A stretch of DNA of 64,000 nucleotides from Pirellulales bacterium. GTDB taxonomy: Bacteria > Planctomycetota > Planctomycetia > Pirellulales > Lacipirellulaceae. Position numbers and translations under genes: made by a program. The stretch spans positions 5,580-69,579 of the forward strand of contig JBGSUJ010000049.1 of the NCBI GenBank assembly GCA_041753435.1, written 5' to 3'. Positions 9,276 to 19,719 of the stretch are shown here, in pieces (within the stretch, counting starts at the first letter, position 1; every line of letters begins with the position of its first letter). The notes under the pieces are model-generated. The model was not told where the DNA came from. It did no database searches and worked only from the letters and a program-made list of their open reading frames with translations.

Positions 9276-9514
9276 CTTTTTCTTTTCTGGCCCACAGCTT
9301 GAGGGCCTGGCTGGCGGCGGCTGTATTTCGACTGCTAGCGAATTGTACCCGCTTCGCCTCGGTCATTACTTCTGCAATCGCGCTTGCCGTTGAGCCGTGG
9401 TCTCGCTATTCTCCGCACCACTCGTCTGTCGGAAATCGCTCACACGCTCAACTTGTTTATCTCGGTGCTATTATCAGCAGCACGCCGCCCGGTACCGCGG
9501 GCCGAGGAGAAACC

Positions 9515-10186
9515 ATGCAACGTTCTCATTTTCGTACTCTCACACTGACCACGGTCGTGCTTGCCATTGGTGGGATGGTGGTCTTATTCGCAACGAGTGG
9601 GTGCGCACCGCTGCTGGCGACAGGTATGTACGTCGTCCAGGGCGGCCATGTGGTCCCCGCGGAATACGATGGTCTGCGAGACGCGCGCGTGGTGGTTGTC
9701 TGCCGGCCGCCTTCCTCGCACGAGTATCGCCATGCCGGGGCCTCACGTGCCATTTCGCAGCGGATTAGTCAACTGTTGGTTGATAACGTCAAGAATATCG
9801 ACGTGGTGAACCCACGCGAGGTTGATGACTGGCTCGATGAAAGCGATTGGGGCGAATTCAAAGAGCTGGCTCGCGCTGTACGCGCTGACAAGGTTGTTTA
9901 CGTCGAACTAAACACTTTCGAACTCTACAAAGGAAAAACGCTGTATCAAGGCCAGGCCGATGCATCGGTCACAATCTACGACATGAAGAACAACAGCAAG
10001 CTCCTCTGGGATCGCCATCTGGGCGAGATTCTCTATCCCACCAACAGCGGTATTCCGGCACAAGACAAACCAGAGCAACAGTTTGAACGAGAATTCGTCA
10101 CGATCATCGCGACTCGCATCGCCGAACATTTTTACAAGCACGACGCGAACAGTGGCTTCGCCTTGGATGCCATGGCGAATCGGTAG
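9515..10186 (+). CDS. hypothetical lipoprotein
   Basis: ORF 9218..10186 overlaps tRNA-Cys at its 5' end. ATG 9515 has a GAGGAGA SD and gives MQRSHFRTLTLTTVVLAIGGMVVLFATSGC (lipobox). Confidence 0.7.
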   Translation: MQRSHFRTLTLTTVVLAIGGMVVLFATSGCAPLLATGMYVVQGGHVVPAEYDGLRDARVVVVCRPPSSHEYRHAGASRAISQRISQLLVDNVKNIDVVNPREVDDWLDESDWGEFKELARAVRADKVVYVELNTFELYKGKTLYQGQADASVTIYDMKNNSKLLWDRHLGEILYPTNSGIPAQDKPEQQFEREFVTIIATRIAEHFYKHDANSGFALDAMANR

Positions 10187-10213
10187 ACAGGCGAGATCTG
10201 CTAGCCAAAACAT

Positions 10214-12193
10214 TCACAGTGCCGGCGGATCGCGGCGAGGTTTTTGTGGGGCCGCAGAGGGTGGTTCGCGACGGCGATTATTGCCGGCTTGGACCCGAGC
10301 TAATTGTGCTGCCACGTTGTCGAATCGTTCGGTCCACATCCAGCCTAGGGGTTGGTTCAACTCTCGCTCAGCATCCATCGCCCAAGGTGTGCTCGGATGC
10401 TCGGCAACAACCCGCCCGAGATAGGATCGGGCCGTTGCTGCCTCCTTGGCTAAGGCACTATTGGCGGAGACCTCCGTCGCAGGCCTCAAAACCCACGTAT
10501 CGTTCCGCGGATCACGAAAAGTGAGTCCCTGTTTGGCCAAGGCCAGCATTGCATTGTATCCCTCAGTACGCACTTTGACGGCCAGCGCTCGGCCTAACGC
10601 CAAGTCGAAACCAGCTTGCCAGCGCGGTTTAAGGACTTTGTGGCGGTCCGGCTCACCTTGTCGGAGAATTGCAACCAACTGCTGAATCCGTGGTTCGAGT
10701 TTGGCGGCATTGCGCTGGGCAAGCGAGAGCTCGCGGGCGAATTGCGCCTCATCGACCTTGGGAAACCGCCGGCGAATATTTTCCATCGGCGTTGTCCAAG
10801 AAAGCTGCGCCCCTTCGACAAGGGCCCGGCAGGCACGATTCTGCGAGAGCATTTTGTAATACTGAGCGACGGGCATGTAGTCTGGTCGATAATTTCGCAT
10901 CACACGCTCGTCGAAAAATGCGGCCATGTGGGACGAGTACGCGGCAGTTTCCCAGGAAGTTACCGAGCCCCCGACCTTGCGATTGGGATGCACCGTGAAG
11001 TACAGCCCGCCGGTTTCGGTCGTCAGCCGACACAGGCCATAGGGACCGAAACCCGAGTCGATCCGCTCTTCGTACTCGCGTTCGCCGGCAAAGTTCAGTT
11101 TAATCCGCTCTGGCAGGAGCGATTCGGGACCCTGATGCACGGCTAGCCACTGTACCGATTGATCGAAATTCGGATCGGGATCGATGTACTTCACAAAGGC
11201 ATCTGCGCGGCCAAATGGGGCTGGGACGCCGACCACGTAAACCGGCATGGCAAATTTTCGGCAAGTTGCGATGGCTCCTTCAAGTTGATCGATGTCGTCG
11301 CCCGCTTCATCGGTGAAGACAACAATCATGACGTTGCGATGCGGCGACTGCAGCCGATAGTGGCGAAACTGCTCGGCCAAAACTTGAACCGACTGGAACA
11401 CATTTTCCCGACCAGATGAATCGTCGAGGATTCCACGGACAGCTTCTTTGATCTCTACAATGTCGTCCGTGGGTTTCTCTGTGAGCAGGGCAACCGACTC
11501 GCCAAACGAAGCAATGGCGGTCAACAGCGGCTTGTCATTGTGTCGACGAAACGCTGGGTTCTTCGCGGCCTCAATCATCCCTAGCTCGTCGTAAACCCGA
11601 TCAAACCGCTCGGCAATAGATTCGCGCTGAGCTTTGAGACTCCCCGATTGATCGAACAACCACACCACCAGTGTCGGTCGCTCATCGAGCGAGAGAAGAA
11701 TCTCGTTGGTGATCCGATCAATGGCCCCCGCCGCGCCGACTGTGCCCTTGCTGCCAGCCCCGCTAATCAGCAGATTCTCAGTGGGGTTGCGGCCGGTGAG
11801 AATTGTTGGATGGATATCCAGGACTTGGATCTGGCCGACTGGGGTAATCGTCTCCCTTGCGAATGCGAGTTGGGCATCGGATCCCGCGATCAGCGCCTGG
11901 GGGATAGCATCGTCACTGCCACCATCGGCGAGCGCCCCAACCGTTTCGGTACGCTCGGTGGAGAAATGAAACGCCTCGGCGACAGGTTCTGGCTCCAGTT
12001 CGGCAACTCGTGCAGAGAGCAACAATTCCCGCGATTCGGTTGGCATGAGAAGTGTTGCAACAGCAAGCGCCAGCAGCATGCCCGTATGCACCAGGAAGCT
12101 GAACAGCCACGCCGAAGCACCACCATCGAGCGGGACATGTTCGTATCCGCTGTGGGATTGCCACCATTCGCGCAGTTTGCCGAGTGCAAACAC
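10214..12193 (-). CDS. von Willebrand factor type A (vWA) domain membrane protein
   Basis: N-terminal TM (WLFSFLVHTGMLLALAVATLLM). vWA/MIDAS-like TLVVWLFDQSGSL ... VMIVVFTDEAGDD. Confidence 0.8.
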   Translation of the reverse strand: MFALGKLREWWQSHSGYEHVPLDGGASAWLFSFLVHTGMLLALAVATLLMPTESRELLLSARVAELEPEPVAEAFHFSTERTETVGALADGGSDDAIPQALIAGSDAQLAFARETITPVGQIQVLDIHPTILTGRNPTENLLISGAGSKGTVGAAGAIDRITNEILLSLDERPTLVVWLFDQSGSLKAQRESIAERFDRVYDELGMIEAAKNPAFRRHNDKPLLTAIASFGESVALLTEKPTDDIVEIKEAVRGILDDSSGRENVFQSVQVLAEQFRHYRLQSPHRNVMIVVFTDEAGDDIDQLEGAIATCRKFAMPVYVVGVPAPFGRADAFVKYIDPDPNFDQSVQWLAVHQGPESLLPERIKLNFAGEREYEERIDSGFGPYGLCRLTTETGGLYFTVHPNRKVGGSVTSWETAAYSSHMAAFFDERVMRNYRPDYMPVAQYYKMLSQNRACRALVEGAQLSWTTPMENIRRRFPKVDEAQFARELSLAQRNAAKLEPRIQQLVAILRQGEPDRHKVLKPRWQAGFDLALGRALAVKVRTEGYNAMLALAKQGLTFRDPRNDTWVLRPATEVSANSALAKEAATARSYLGRVVAEHPSTPWAMDAERELNQPLGWMWTERFDNVAAQLARVQAGNNRRREPPSAAPQKPRRDPPAL

Positions 12194-12439
12194 TTTTCGT
12201 CGCTCCCGCGCTGTTCCCGATTCGAGCTAGGCCACATTGGTGGCAATGTTAGGCCACCTCCTGTATTTTCTACTGCCAGAGTGAATTGAGCAACTGACGA
12301 GATTCGAGCGGCCGCTTCAGGTAAAAACCCCCTTCCCGACCCAAAGTTTCGGCTACAATGAAAAAGATTGCGACTTGGCGTCGTGGAGCCCGGTCGCAAG
12401 GGAAAAAATGGGTCGCGCTGCCCTGCCAGGAATGATGCA

Positions 12440-13399
12440 ATGTCGAGCCGATTTCGATGGATGTTTGCTGCAATTGTAAGCGCCGCGGCCCTCGTCCCGA
12501 CAGCTTATGCCCAACGGGGGCTGCGCGTTGGCCCTCCCGAGGCGACGAAAGTGACGACTAAGGATGGTGTCGAGCTGTCGATCACTTATTACCCTGGCCC
12601 GTTTGCCAAAGATCCTGCGCTCGGCAAGCAAGCGACCCCGGTGGTCTTGCTGCACGGTGAGAAAGACACTCAGAGTATGTTTTCCTCACTGGCGAAACGA
12701 CTCCAATCAACGGGGCAAACCGATAAGTCGACGTCGTTTGCAGTCGTCACCGTCGATCTACGCGGACACGGCGCGAGCACGCGTCAGAAGGGCCTTGATG
12801 GCCAGAACCGTCAAGTCGACGTAGCCAAGCTAAGTCGCAAGGACATCCTCTCGATGTCGGCGTTGGATATGGAGGCAGTACGTAGTTTCTTAGTCCGCAA
12901 GAACGATGCCGGCGAATTAAACCTGAATAAGCTGTGCTTGGTCGGAGTTGGATTGGGGGCCACCGTGGCCGTCAACTGGGCGGCTCAGGATTGGAGTGCG
13001 CCGCCGCTGTTGGTCGGCAAACAAGGCCAGGATGTGAAGGCTTTGGTCCTCGTATCGCCCCAGTGGAAGTACCGTGGCGTCATGTTACAACAGGCGCTGC
13101 GACTGCCAGCAATCAAGAAAAACATCGCTTGGATGCTCGTCTATGGCGAGCAAAGTTCTGATCAAGCGGCCGATGCAAAGCGGATTTACCGCCAATTAGA
13201 ACGGTTTCATCCAGAGCCAACGTCGCAGCAGCGGCCACCCCGCGGGCTGGTGCAAGTGCCGCTAGACTCGGCTCTGGAGGGCAGTGGCCTGATGAGCCAG
13301 GTTGGCGATTCTATCGAAGCCAGTATTGTCGATTTTCTGACGGTCCATGTTGCCGATCGAGAATGGACGTGGACTAAGAGACGAAAACGTTTAGAGTAG
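12440..13399 (+). CDS. secreted alpha/beta-hydrolase-fold protein (nucleophile elbow lacks Ser)
   Basis: Start at ATG 12440 gives the signal peptide MSSRFRWMFAAIVSAAALVPTAYAQ. VVLLHGEKD oxyanion-type strand. Elbow reads LCLVGVGLGATVA (G-V-G-L-G). Confidence 0.7.
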   Translation: MSSRFRWMFAAIVSAAALVPTAYAQRGLRVGPPEATKVTTKDGVELSITYYPGPFAKDPALGKQATPVVLLHGEKDTQSMFSSLAKRLQSTGQTDKSTSFAVVTVDLRGHGASTRQKGLDGQNRQVDVAKLSRKDILSMSALDMEAVRSFLVRKNDAGELNLNKLCLVGVGLGATVAVNWAAQDWSAPPLLVGKQGQDVKALVLVSPQWKYRGVMLQQALRLPAIKKNIAWMLVYGEQSSDQAADAKRIYRQLERFHPEPTSQQRPPRGLVQVPLDSALEGSGLMSQVGDSIEASIVDFLTVHVADREWTWTKRRKRLE

Positions 13400-13415
13400 C
13401 TCGCCCACGCTACGG

Positions 13416-14507
13416 TTAATCCAAACGTCCGGCCGGAACTGGCCGCAGTAATTTGGCTCGCGGCGGTTGCTCAAATTCTTGGGGAGGCCATTCGACGGGA
13501 ATCATTCCGGCATGCGGGTCGGTTTTTCCTCCGCCAAAACTCTGGGATGCTGCAATCGTGGTCGCAGAGCCTGTGCTGTGACGATCTGGAATCTGCAATT
13601 CGACACCAATCGGCAGCAGTTCGGGGGTGATGAGCACTTCGCGGTTCAGTTGAAAAATCTCCCGCTCACGTGATGCGTCGTCGAGATAACGATCGGCCAG
13701 CTTGGTTAACGAATCGCCATCGATAACAATGTGGGTCCGCCGGCTAGCTAAATCTGCGGGGTGATCGCTGGCAAGCTGTTGTGAGTTTGACTTGCGGATC
13801 AGATCACCGTTGTTGAACGGTACTTGCACAGATGTTCTTTCGGCACCTGGAGAGTGCTCAAATGCCACCGCCTGCGTGTTGCTTGGGTTTTCAACGTGAT
13901 TAGTATTGGGTGTCCAACGGGGCCAGCGATCCCAGGGCGAGGCCGATGTCGCGTTGGCTTGGTCATTCGCTGGTATCACATTGGTGATGTGAGCAATGGG
14001 CGGCTGGTGGGATGGGGTGCGGATCGGATCCGTGATGGCTTTGGGATCGGATGAAACAGAGGAGAGTTCTGGCCCAGAGGCCATGAGAGGCGCTCGATTC
14101 GCTGACGATTCCGCTTTTAGCCATGTCGGTTCTAACGAATAAGAGCCTGCCTGTATGGCAAGCACGCTGGGATTGGGAGTGACGTATTCGGCTTCCGGAA
14201 CTAACGCGCGAGGTTCGCTGGGCGACGTGTTGCCTGCCGGTAGCATCGCTTGGAATACCGCGAGCACTCCCTGGGCACGGTTGAGTGCCGTTGGGGAGGG
14301 AGCCCGCGAATCGACGATATCTGTGAAGCCGCCGAAGAACAGCGCCATGCAGTAGCCGGCGGCAAGCAAGACCGCTGCCAGGATAATTTTACGCGACTCG
14401 GTCACGGTGAACCTCTTGAAAATAGTCGTGACGACTTGGCAACCGGCATGGCAGCCTTGGCGTCGTGAAAACGACCGGTTCGTCCGTGAACTGTCTCTCA
14501 GGTGCAA
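13416..14507 (-). CDS. LysM domain-containing membrane protein
   Basis: TM segment KIILAAVLLAAGYCMALFF. C-terminal LysM-like HIVIDGDSLTKLADRYLDDASREREIFQLNREVLITPELLPIGVELQIP. Exact start uncertain. Confidence 0.7.
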   Translation of the reverse strand: MHLRDSSRTNRSFSRRQGCHAGCQVVTTIFKRFTVTESRKIILAAVLLAAGYCMALFFGGFTDIVDSRAPSPTALNRAQGVLAVFQAMLPAGNTSPSEPRALVPEAEYVTPNPSVLAIQAGSYSLEPTWLKAESSANRAPLMASGPELSSVSSDPKAITDPIRTPSHQPPIAHITNVIPANDQANATSASPWDRWPRWTPNTNHVENPSNTQAVAFEHSPGAERTSVQVPFNNGDLIRKSNSQQLASDHPADLASRRTHIVIDGDSLTKLADRYLDDASREREIFQLNREVLITPELLPIGVELQIPDRHSTGSATTIAASQSFGGGKTDPHAGMIPVEWPPQEFEQPPRAKLLRPVPAGRLD

Positions 14508-14695
14508 GCAGTCATCTTGCGCACCCTATTGCATTCTTCGGTCTGGCGGCTGCCGAGATTCGAAATATATCGCGCATAAATGCAGAACTATCGCCAGCAC
14601 CGACCGCTCGCGCGGATCCGCTAAGCCCTGCCGATTGGGCTAAATCGAATGCTCCGGATGCCGTTCGGGGTCCCGTAAAATGATGGGGCGGACAG

Positions 14696-17600
14696 TTACG
14701 TAGCAGGGGTAGTTTCGGCCGATTCGCCACTCAACCAGAGCAGCACCGGCGCAGCGATGTAGACCGTGCTGTACGTGCCGACCACCGTGCCCACCAGGAA
14801 GGAAAAGGCAAATCCGTGGATGCCATCGCCGCCCCAGAAATACAGAATGGCAACCGTGATGAACACGGTCAACGCGGTCAGCAAGGTGCGGCTCAAGCAT
14901 TGATTGACGCTCGCGTTAACCATCGTCGAAGTGAGCTTAGGGCTCTTGCCTTTGATTTCGCGGAGTCGATCGAACGTCACGATCGTATCGTTGAGCGAGT
15001 AGCCAATGATGGTCAGCAAGGCAGCCACAATCGTCAAGCCAATTTGGAACGAATCGATTTTGAGCGCAGAGGCCAATCCGGGCACTGCATCGACCACGTA
15101 CTTACTCAGGGCCAACATGCCAATCGTAACGAGCACGTCATGCACCAAGGCTGCCGCGGCTGCCAAACCGTACATCAGCTTCTGAAAGCGAACCCACAGA
15201 TAAATGACCACGCCCAATAAACTGAGGAACAGGGCCTTCAGTGCATCAACCTGCATATTGCTGGAGACGCGGCCGCCGATTTTGTTGGCCAGCGGAAACA
15301 TCGCCATCTGTTCCACGTCTCTTTCCAACTCAGCCAGCACGCGCTGGGCGGTCGATTCATCTGCTTCACCTAACCGGACGGTCCAGTTCTTGAGGCGTGT
15401 TGAGCTGCCATCTCGGTAATCGGGGCTGCTGACATTAGCAATCACGCCTTCAACGTTTTGACCTTCCAGAGCGCCAGTCAACAACTCCTGCAATGCATCG
15501 TGGCTTACGCCGTCGTCCTGATCAAAACCGGGACCCTCGTTGACTAAAATTTCCGCCTGATAGCCAGTGAATGTCCCCTCACTAAACGGCGTGATCTTTC
15601 CAATCGAGACAGAGTACATCTGCAGTTTGTCGCCAAATGTTTTCGTGACGATTTTTTTGACATTGTCGACAGATTGGTCGCTGGTATCCACCGAAAATCG
15701 GGTACCCGACTGGCCCCGCTCCACAACGAGCAAGTTCTTGGTGGCGAGATCGGTTTCCTCCAGCGCTTTGCGGACCTGGGCGATCGTCATCTTGTCGTCT
15801 GGGTTCAGTACAAACGCGACCGTAGAACCTCCCGTGAAGTCGATATCGAGTAGCGACCAACCTCGGCTAACGACGGCTGCCATACCAATGCCAATCACCA
15901 ACAAGGAAAGGCCAATCGCGGACCAACGTTTGCTGAGAAAGTCGAAGTTCGGATTCGACAAAACCCTTAGCATCGAAAGCTTCTTGATCCAGCCCAGTCG
16001 CTCCGAAATATCGAACATCAGCCGCGAGCAGAAAATCGCGGTGTACATGCTGGTGAGAATGCCCAGGATCAGCGTGACCGCAAAGCCCTTCACTTGATCC
16101 GTAGCGAACAGGTACAGCGCGATGCCGGAGATAATCGTGGTGATGTTCGAGTCGACAATCGCCGACATCGCGCGGTCGAAACCGTTGCGGATCACCATCC
16201 TCAATGCAGCGCCGCCTCGGAGTTCTTCGCGCATCCTTTCGAAAATCAAGATATTGGCGTCGACCGACATGCCCATGGTGAGCACTAAACCCGCCAGGCC
16301 TGGTAGCGTGAAGGCGGCCTTAATGAGCACCATGAGGGCCACCACCAGAAGCAAGTTGAAGGCCAGCGCCAAACAGGCGATCACCCCTGCAAAGCGGTAA
16401 TAAAACAGCATGAAAACAAAAATTGCGATTCCCGAAATAGCAATCGCTTGCTTACCGCTTTCAATGGTCGTGGCGCCCAGCGTTGGGCTGATCACTTCTT
16501 CGCTGATCGGTTCCTTCTCGAGCTCCAACGGCAATTTGCCCTCCTGAAGGATCGAGACAACGTAATCAACTTCGTCTTCCGACATATTGCGGCCGCTAAT
16601 CTGGCCGCTGCTAAAGATCGTGGTCTCGATGCTCGGCGCAGAAAGCAATCGCTTGTCCAGGACAATTCCCAAGTAACGACGCGCTCCCGTAGCCGCGTTT
16701 GGTTTGTTCTTGCTCGTGAGTTGCTGAAACCGCCTAGCGCCTTGCGTATTGAACGTAAAATTCACCGCCGGGCCGCCACGCTCATCGACACCTTTCGATA
16801 CCGAACGCAGATAGTCGCCGGTGACGCTGATCGCCGGTGGATCGATCATTACCAGTGCTTCCGGGCGATCGCCGGCCATGCGCTTCACGATATTACGACC
16901 ATCGTCGGAATCGACCGGCCCAAATTCGTCGGGCGCGTACGCGACCCATTCGGCCACAACGCGGCCACCCACTTTGACTTCTTTCTGTGCCGGCGAGAGT
17001 TCTTGTGCCAGGCGGATGATTTCGCGTTCCTGCGGATTAGGTTGGGTTGGGTCCGCCGTGATGCGAAACTCCAACTGGCCCATTTCCGTGATCCGCCGCT
17101 TGACGAATTCCAGGGCATCGTCGCCAGTATTGGGGATGATGATCTCGATCGCCGGTCCGTACTCGCGAATGGTAACTTCCCGCGTACCGGTGGGGTCGAT
17201 GCGGCGCTTGAGGATGTCAATCAGCTCTTGAAGTTCGATGCGGCGGCCGGGATCGGGTTCTTCGTCGTCCCCAACGGGCTTGTCGGCCAGCTCGTAAACG
17301 AGAGTGATGCCACCCGCAAGATCAGGGCCGAACTTAAACTCACCCAGCGACACGATGACGAGCGCCGCCGCCAAAGTGCCGAGCACCAGGCTAATTTTCC
17401 AGCCGTGGTCTGGCATCCGCAGCCAGGAAGCAAGAAAGTTTCCCACGAAAATGGGCAACACAAACAGCCCCAAGATAATGAGGCCGTAGTACACCGGCCG
17501 CATATCAAAATCGCTGCTGGCTGCTGCTCCTGCGGCCGTCTCTGCGTCGGATGTGCCGCTGGTAACAGCCCTTGTTTTGGCGTCCGCCGTCGCTTGGCTC

Positions 17601-17878
17601 GGAGTTTCATTCTCTGCAGTGGAGGCATCTTCCGCTGGGACTGCAGGCGCGGCGGACGTATCCTCGGTCGTAGTTGTGTCTGCCGGCACGCGCGCTCCAA
17701 CAGCAGGCGCTTCGATGGCCGATTGTTCAATGGCTGGTGTTGTTGTGGCCGGCTCCTGAGCCAGCACAACAGAGAGCGGCGATGCGACGAGCAGTGCGAT
17801 GGCAATCGTCCGAAACCACGCGGCTCGAGGCAGACATCCACTTGTTGCATCGGAATGACAACTTCCAGTTGTGCTCAT
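14696..17878 (-). CDS. secDF: protein translocase subunit SecDF (fused SecD-SecF)
   Basis: 1060-aa ORF with two 6-TM RND-like blocks and SecD/SecF motifs (GGITLVYE, LGATTIESG, DANILIFERMREE, NDTIVTFDRLRE). Conserved position after tgt-yajC. Confidence 0.95.
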   Translation of the reverse strand: MSTTGSCHSDATSGCLPRAAWFRTIAIALLVASPLSVVLAQEPATTTPAIEQSAIEAPAVGARVPADTTTTEDTSAAPAVPAEDASTAENETPSQATADAKTRAVTSGTSDAETAAGAAASSDFDMRPVYYGLIILGLFVLPIFVGNFLASWLRMPDHGWKISLVLGTLAAALVIVSLGEFKFGPDLAGGITLVYELADKPVGDDEEPDPGRRIELQELIDILKRRIDPTGTREVTIREYGPAIEIIIPNTGDDALEFVKRRITEMGQLEFRITADPTQPNPQEREIIRLAQELSPAQKEVKVGGRVVAEWVAYAPDEFGPVDSDDGRNIVKRMAGDRPEALVMIDPPAISVTGDYLRSVSKGVDERGGPAVNFTFNTQGARRFQQLTSKNKPNAATGARRYLGIVLDKRLLSAPSIETTIFSSGQISGRNMSEDEVDYVVSILQEGKLPLELEKEPISEEVISPTLGATTIESGKQAIAISGIAIFVFMLFYYRFAGVIACLALAFNLLLVVALMVLIKAAFTLPGLAGLVLTMGMSVDANILIFERMREELRGGAALRMVIRNGFDRAMSAIVDSNITTIISGIALYLFATDQVKGFAVTLILGILTSMYTAIFCSRLMFDISERLGWIKKLSMLRVLSNPNFDFLSKRWSAIGLSLLVIGIGMAAVVSRGWSLLDIDFTGGSTVAFVLNPDDKMTIAQVRKALEETDLATKNLLVVERGQSGTRFSVDTSDQSVDNVKKIVTKTFGDKLQMYSVSIGKITPFSEGTFTGYQAEILVNEGPGFDQDDGVSHDALQELLTGALEGQNVEGVIANVSSPDYRDGSSTRLKNWTVRLGEADESTAQRVLAELERDVEQMAMFPLANKIGGRVSSNMQVDALKALFLSLLGVVIYLWVRFQKLMYGLAAAAALVHDVLVTIGMLALSKYVVDAVPGLASALKIDSFQIGLTIVAALLTIIGYSLNDTIVTFDRLREIKGKSPKLTSTMVNASVNQCLSRTLLTALTVFITVAILYFWGGDGIHGFAFSFLVGTVVGTYSTVYIAAPVLLWLSGESAETTPAT

Positions 17879-17951
17879 GATTATTTCTTAAAGTCTACGC
17901 CACATCGCCGCAGGCATTCATGTACCTTCCGTCGGCGGATGCGTGCCTGGT

Positions 17952-18428
17952 TTATTTGGACTTTCCGCTTGCTGAAGGGCCATTCGAATTTTCATTGTCG
18001 GTGACCACTCGGGCAATTGCCGATGAGTTAATCCGAAGTTTCGTGCCGGTCGAATCGTCGACACGAATCGTCACTCGATCGGCATCTCGCTGCACATTCG
18101 TAACCACTCCGTGGATTCCGCCAATCGTCACCACGTGGTCGCTTTCCTTTAAGCTGGCAACCAACGAGCGGAACTCCTGTTCCTTTTTCTTTTGCGGCCG
18201 AATCATCAAGAAGTAAAACAGCCCGAAGATGATCACCAGCGGCATCATCATCCGCAGTAATGCGTTCGGGTCGGCCTCTTGAGCGAGCAGCCAGCCTTGT
18301 TCGAGCAGGGCGATCACAGCCTGGAATTCCGATCGGTGAAGGGTCAGCGTTAGGAGGTCAATGAACAGAAGCGGCCCGACGCTCGGGCCGCGCCGGGCCA
18401 GTGCCTGGCAACTTAAGCCCGTCATCAT
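17952..18428 (-). CDS. yajC: preprotein translocase subunit YajC
   Basis: Core PLVIIFGLFYFLMIRPQKKKEQEFRSLVASLKESDHVVTIGGIHGVVTNV is classic YajC. Start uncertain: ATG at 18428, or the TTG at 18524 that overlaps the tgt stop. Confidence 0.8.
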   Translation of the reverse strand: MMTGLSCQALARRGPSVGPLLFIDLLTLTLHRSEFQAVIALLEQGWLLAQEADPNALLRMMMPLVIIFGLFYFLMIRPQKKKEQEFRSLVASLKESDHVVTIGGIHGVVTNVQRDADRVTIRVDDSTGTKLRINSSAIARVVTDNENSNGPSASGKSK

Positions 18429-18520
18429 AAGATGATGGGGCGCAACGGGCAAGGGCGGGTGATGAGAGCTAAAGAACAGCGGAATCGGTGAGCAGGAACG
18501 CCAGTCTTTGCTCCCTCTCT

Positions 18521-19699
18521 TCAACGCCTCTCCGCTTCACCCGCTCCCTCCGCCCACCCCTGTTCTCTTTCCTCATAAAACTGGGCATAGCGGTCTGCGG
18601 CAATGGCCTGCCGTGCGTCGGCCAACAGACGCTGGTAATAGGTCAGATTGTGGATCGAGAGCAAAATGGGCCCCAGCATCTCGTTCGCTTGAAACAAATG
18701 GCGGAGATAGCCGCGGCTGTGGCGACAGGCAGGGCAAGGGCAGTGGGCTTCGAGCGGTTCGCGGTCGTGCGCGTGTTGCAAATTCCTAAGCCGGACCGGA
18801 CCTCGATCGGTGAACGCCAATGCGTTGCGGCCATTACGTGTCGGCATGACACAGTCGAACAGATCGACGCCGATCCGAATCGCTTCGAGTAAATCAATCG
18901 GCCGGCCAACGCCCATCAAATAGCGCGGCCTGTCGGGTGGCAAGTGAGGCACGGTTGCGGCGAGTGTCTCGTACATTTCCTCAGGAGTCTCGCCCACACT
19001 CAGTCCGCCAATGGCGTAACCGGCAAAATCCATCGCCACAAGCTTCTCTGCCGACTCCGCCCGCAATTCCGCATCGAGCCCTCCCTGGATGATGGCAAAA
19101 ACCACCTGGTCGGTACGCGTCGCCGCCGCGCGGCACCGCGCGGCCCAACGGATGCTCCGTCGCATCGCCTCGGCGATCACTTCCCGCTCGTTCGGCAGTG
19201 CCACCACATGATCGAGTTGCATCGCCACATCGCTGCCGAGTGCCTCCTGTACGGCGATCGATCGTTCGGGCGTGAGCTCAATCCGCGCGCCGTCGATGTG
19301 CGAGCGAAACACCGCCCCCTGCTCGTCGATGACTGCCCGATCGGCAAGGCTGAAGATTTGAAAACCACCGCTATCGGTGAGGATCGGCCCGCTCCAACCC
19401 ATCAGCGAGTGCAGTCCGCCAAGGGCCGTGACGGTTTCCGGTCCGGGACGCAGCAGCAGATGATACGTGTTCGCGAGGATCATCTGCGCGCCCGTCTCGC
19501 GCAGGCGGCCGGCGTCCACACCCTTCACTGTGGCTTGCGTGCCGACCGACATGAAGGCCGGCATTTCAACCGTGCCATGCGGCGTCGTCAAACGCCCCAA
19601 CCGCGCATGGGAGCCGGCATCTTCGTGCAGAAGGTCGAAGCCGAACGTCATACGATCCAAGAGGGCGGACGGGGAATGGCTGCCTTCCATCTTCCCCAT
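18521..19699 (-). CDS. tgt: queuine tRNA-ribosyltransferase (tRNA-guanine transglycosylase)
   Basis: LTDSGGFQ catalytic motif and Zn site [16 protein letters not shown]. Start set at ATG 19699, preceded by GGAGG. Confidence 0.95.
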   Translation of the reverse strand: MGKMEGSHSPSALLDRMTFGFDLLHEDAGSHARLGRLTTPHGTVEMPAFMSVGTQATVKGVDAGRLRETGAQMILANTYHLLLRPGPETVTALGGLHSLMGWSGPILTDSGGFQIFSLADRAVIDEQGAVFRSHIDGARIELTPERSIAVQEALGSDVAMQLDHVVALPNEREVIAEAMRRSIRWAARCRAAATRTDQVVFAIIQGGLDAELRAESAEKLVAMDFAGYAIGGLSVGETPEEMYETLAATVPHLPPDRPRYLMGVGRPIDLLEAIRIGVDLFDCVMPTRNGRNALAFTDRGPVRLRNLQHAHDREPLEAHCPCPACRHSRGYLRHLFQANEMLGPILLSIHNLTYYQRLLADARQAIAADRYAQFYEEREQGWAEGAGEAERR

Positions 19700-19719
19700 T
19701 CCACCTCCCCCCTTCGTTT

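Noticed and set aside
9021-9300. Genomic island integrated at tRNA-Cys (and similarly at tRNA-Thr, 21154-21227)
   Set aside because: No integrase, no direct repeat of the tRNA 3' end and no composition shift were seen next to either tRNA. The RHS fragment lies at the 5' side of tRNA-Thr, not at the usual 3' integration side.
16448-18004. 518-aa plus-strand ORF
   Set aside because: It is antisense to secDF, which has unambiguous motifs. The product is Arg/His/Cys-rich with no motifs, a typical GC-rich shadow ORF.
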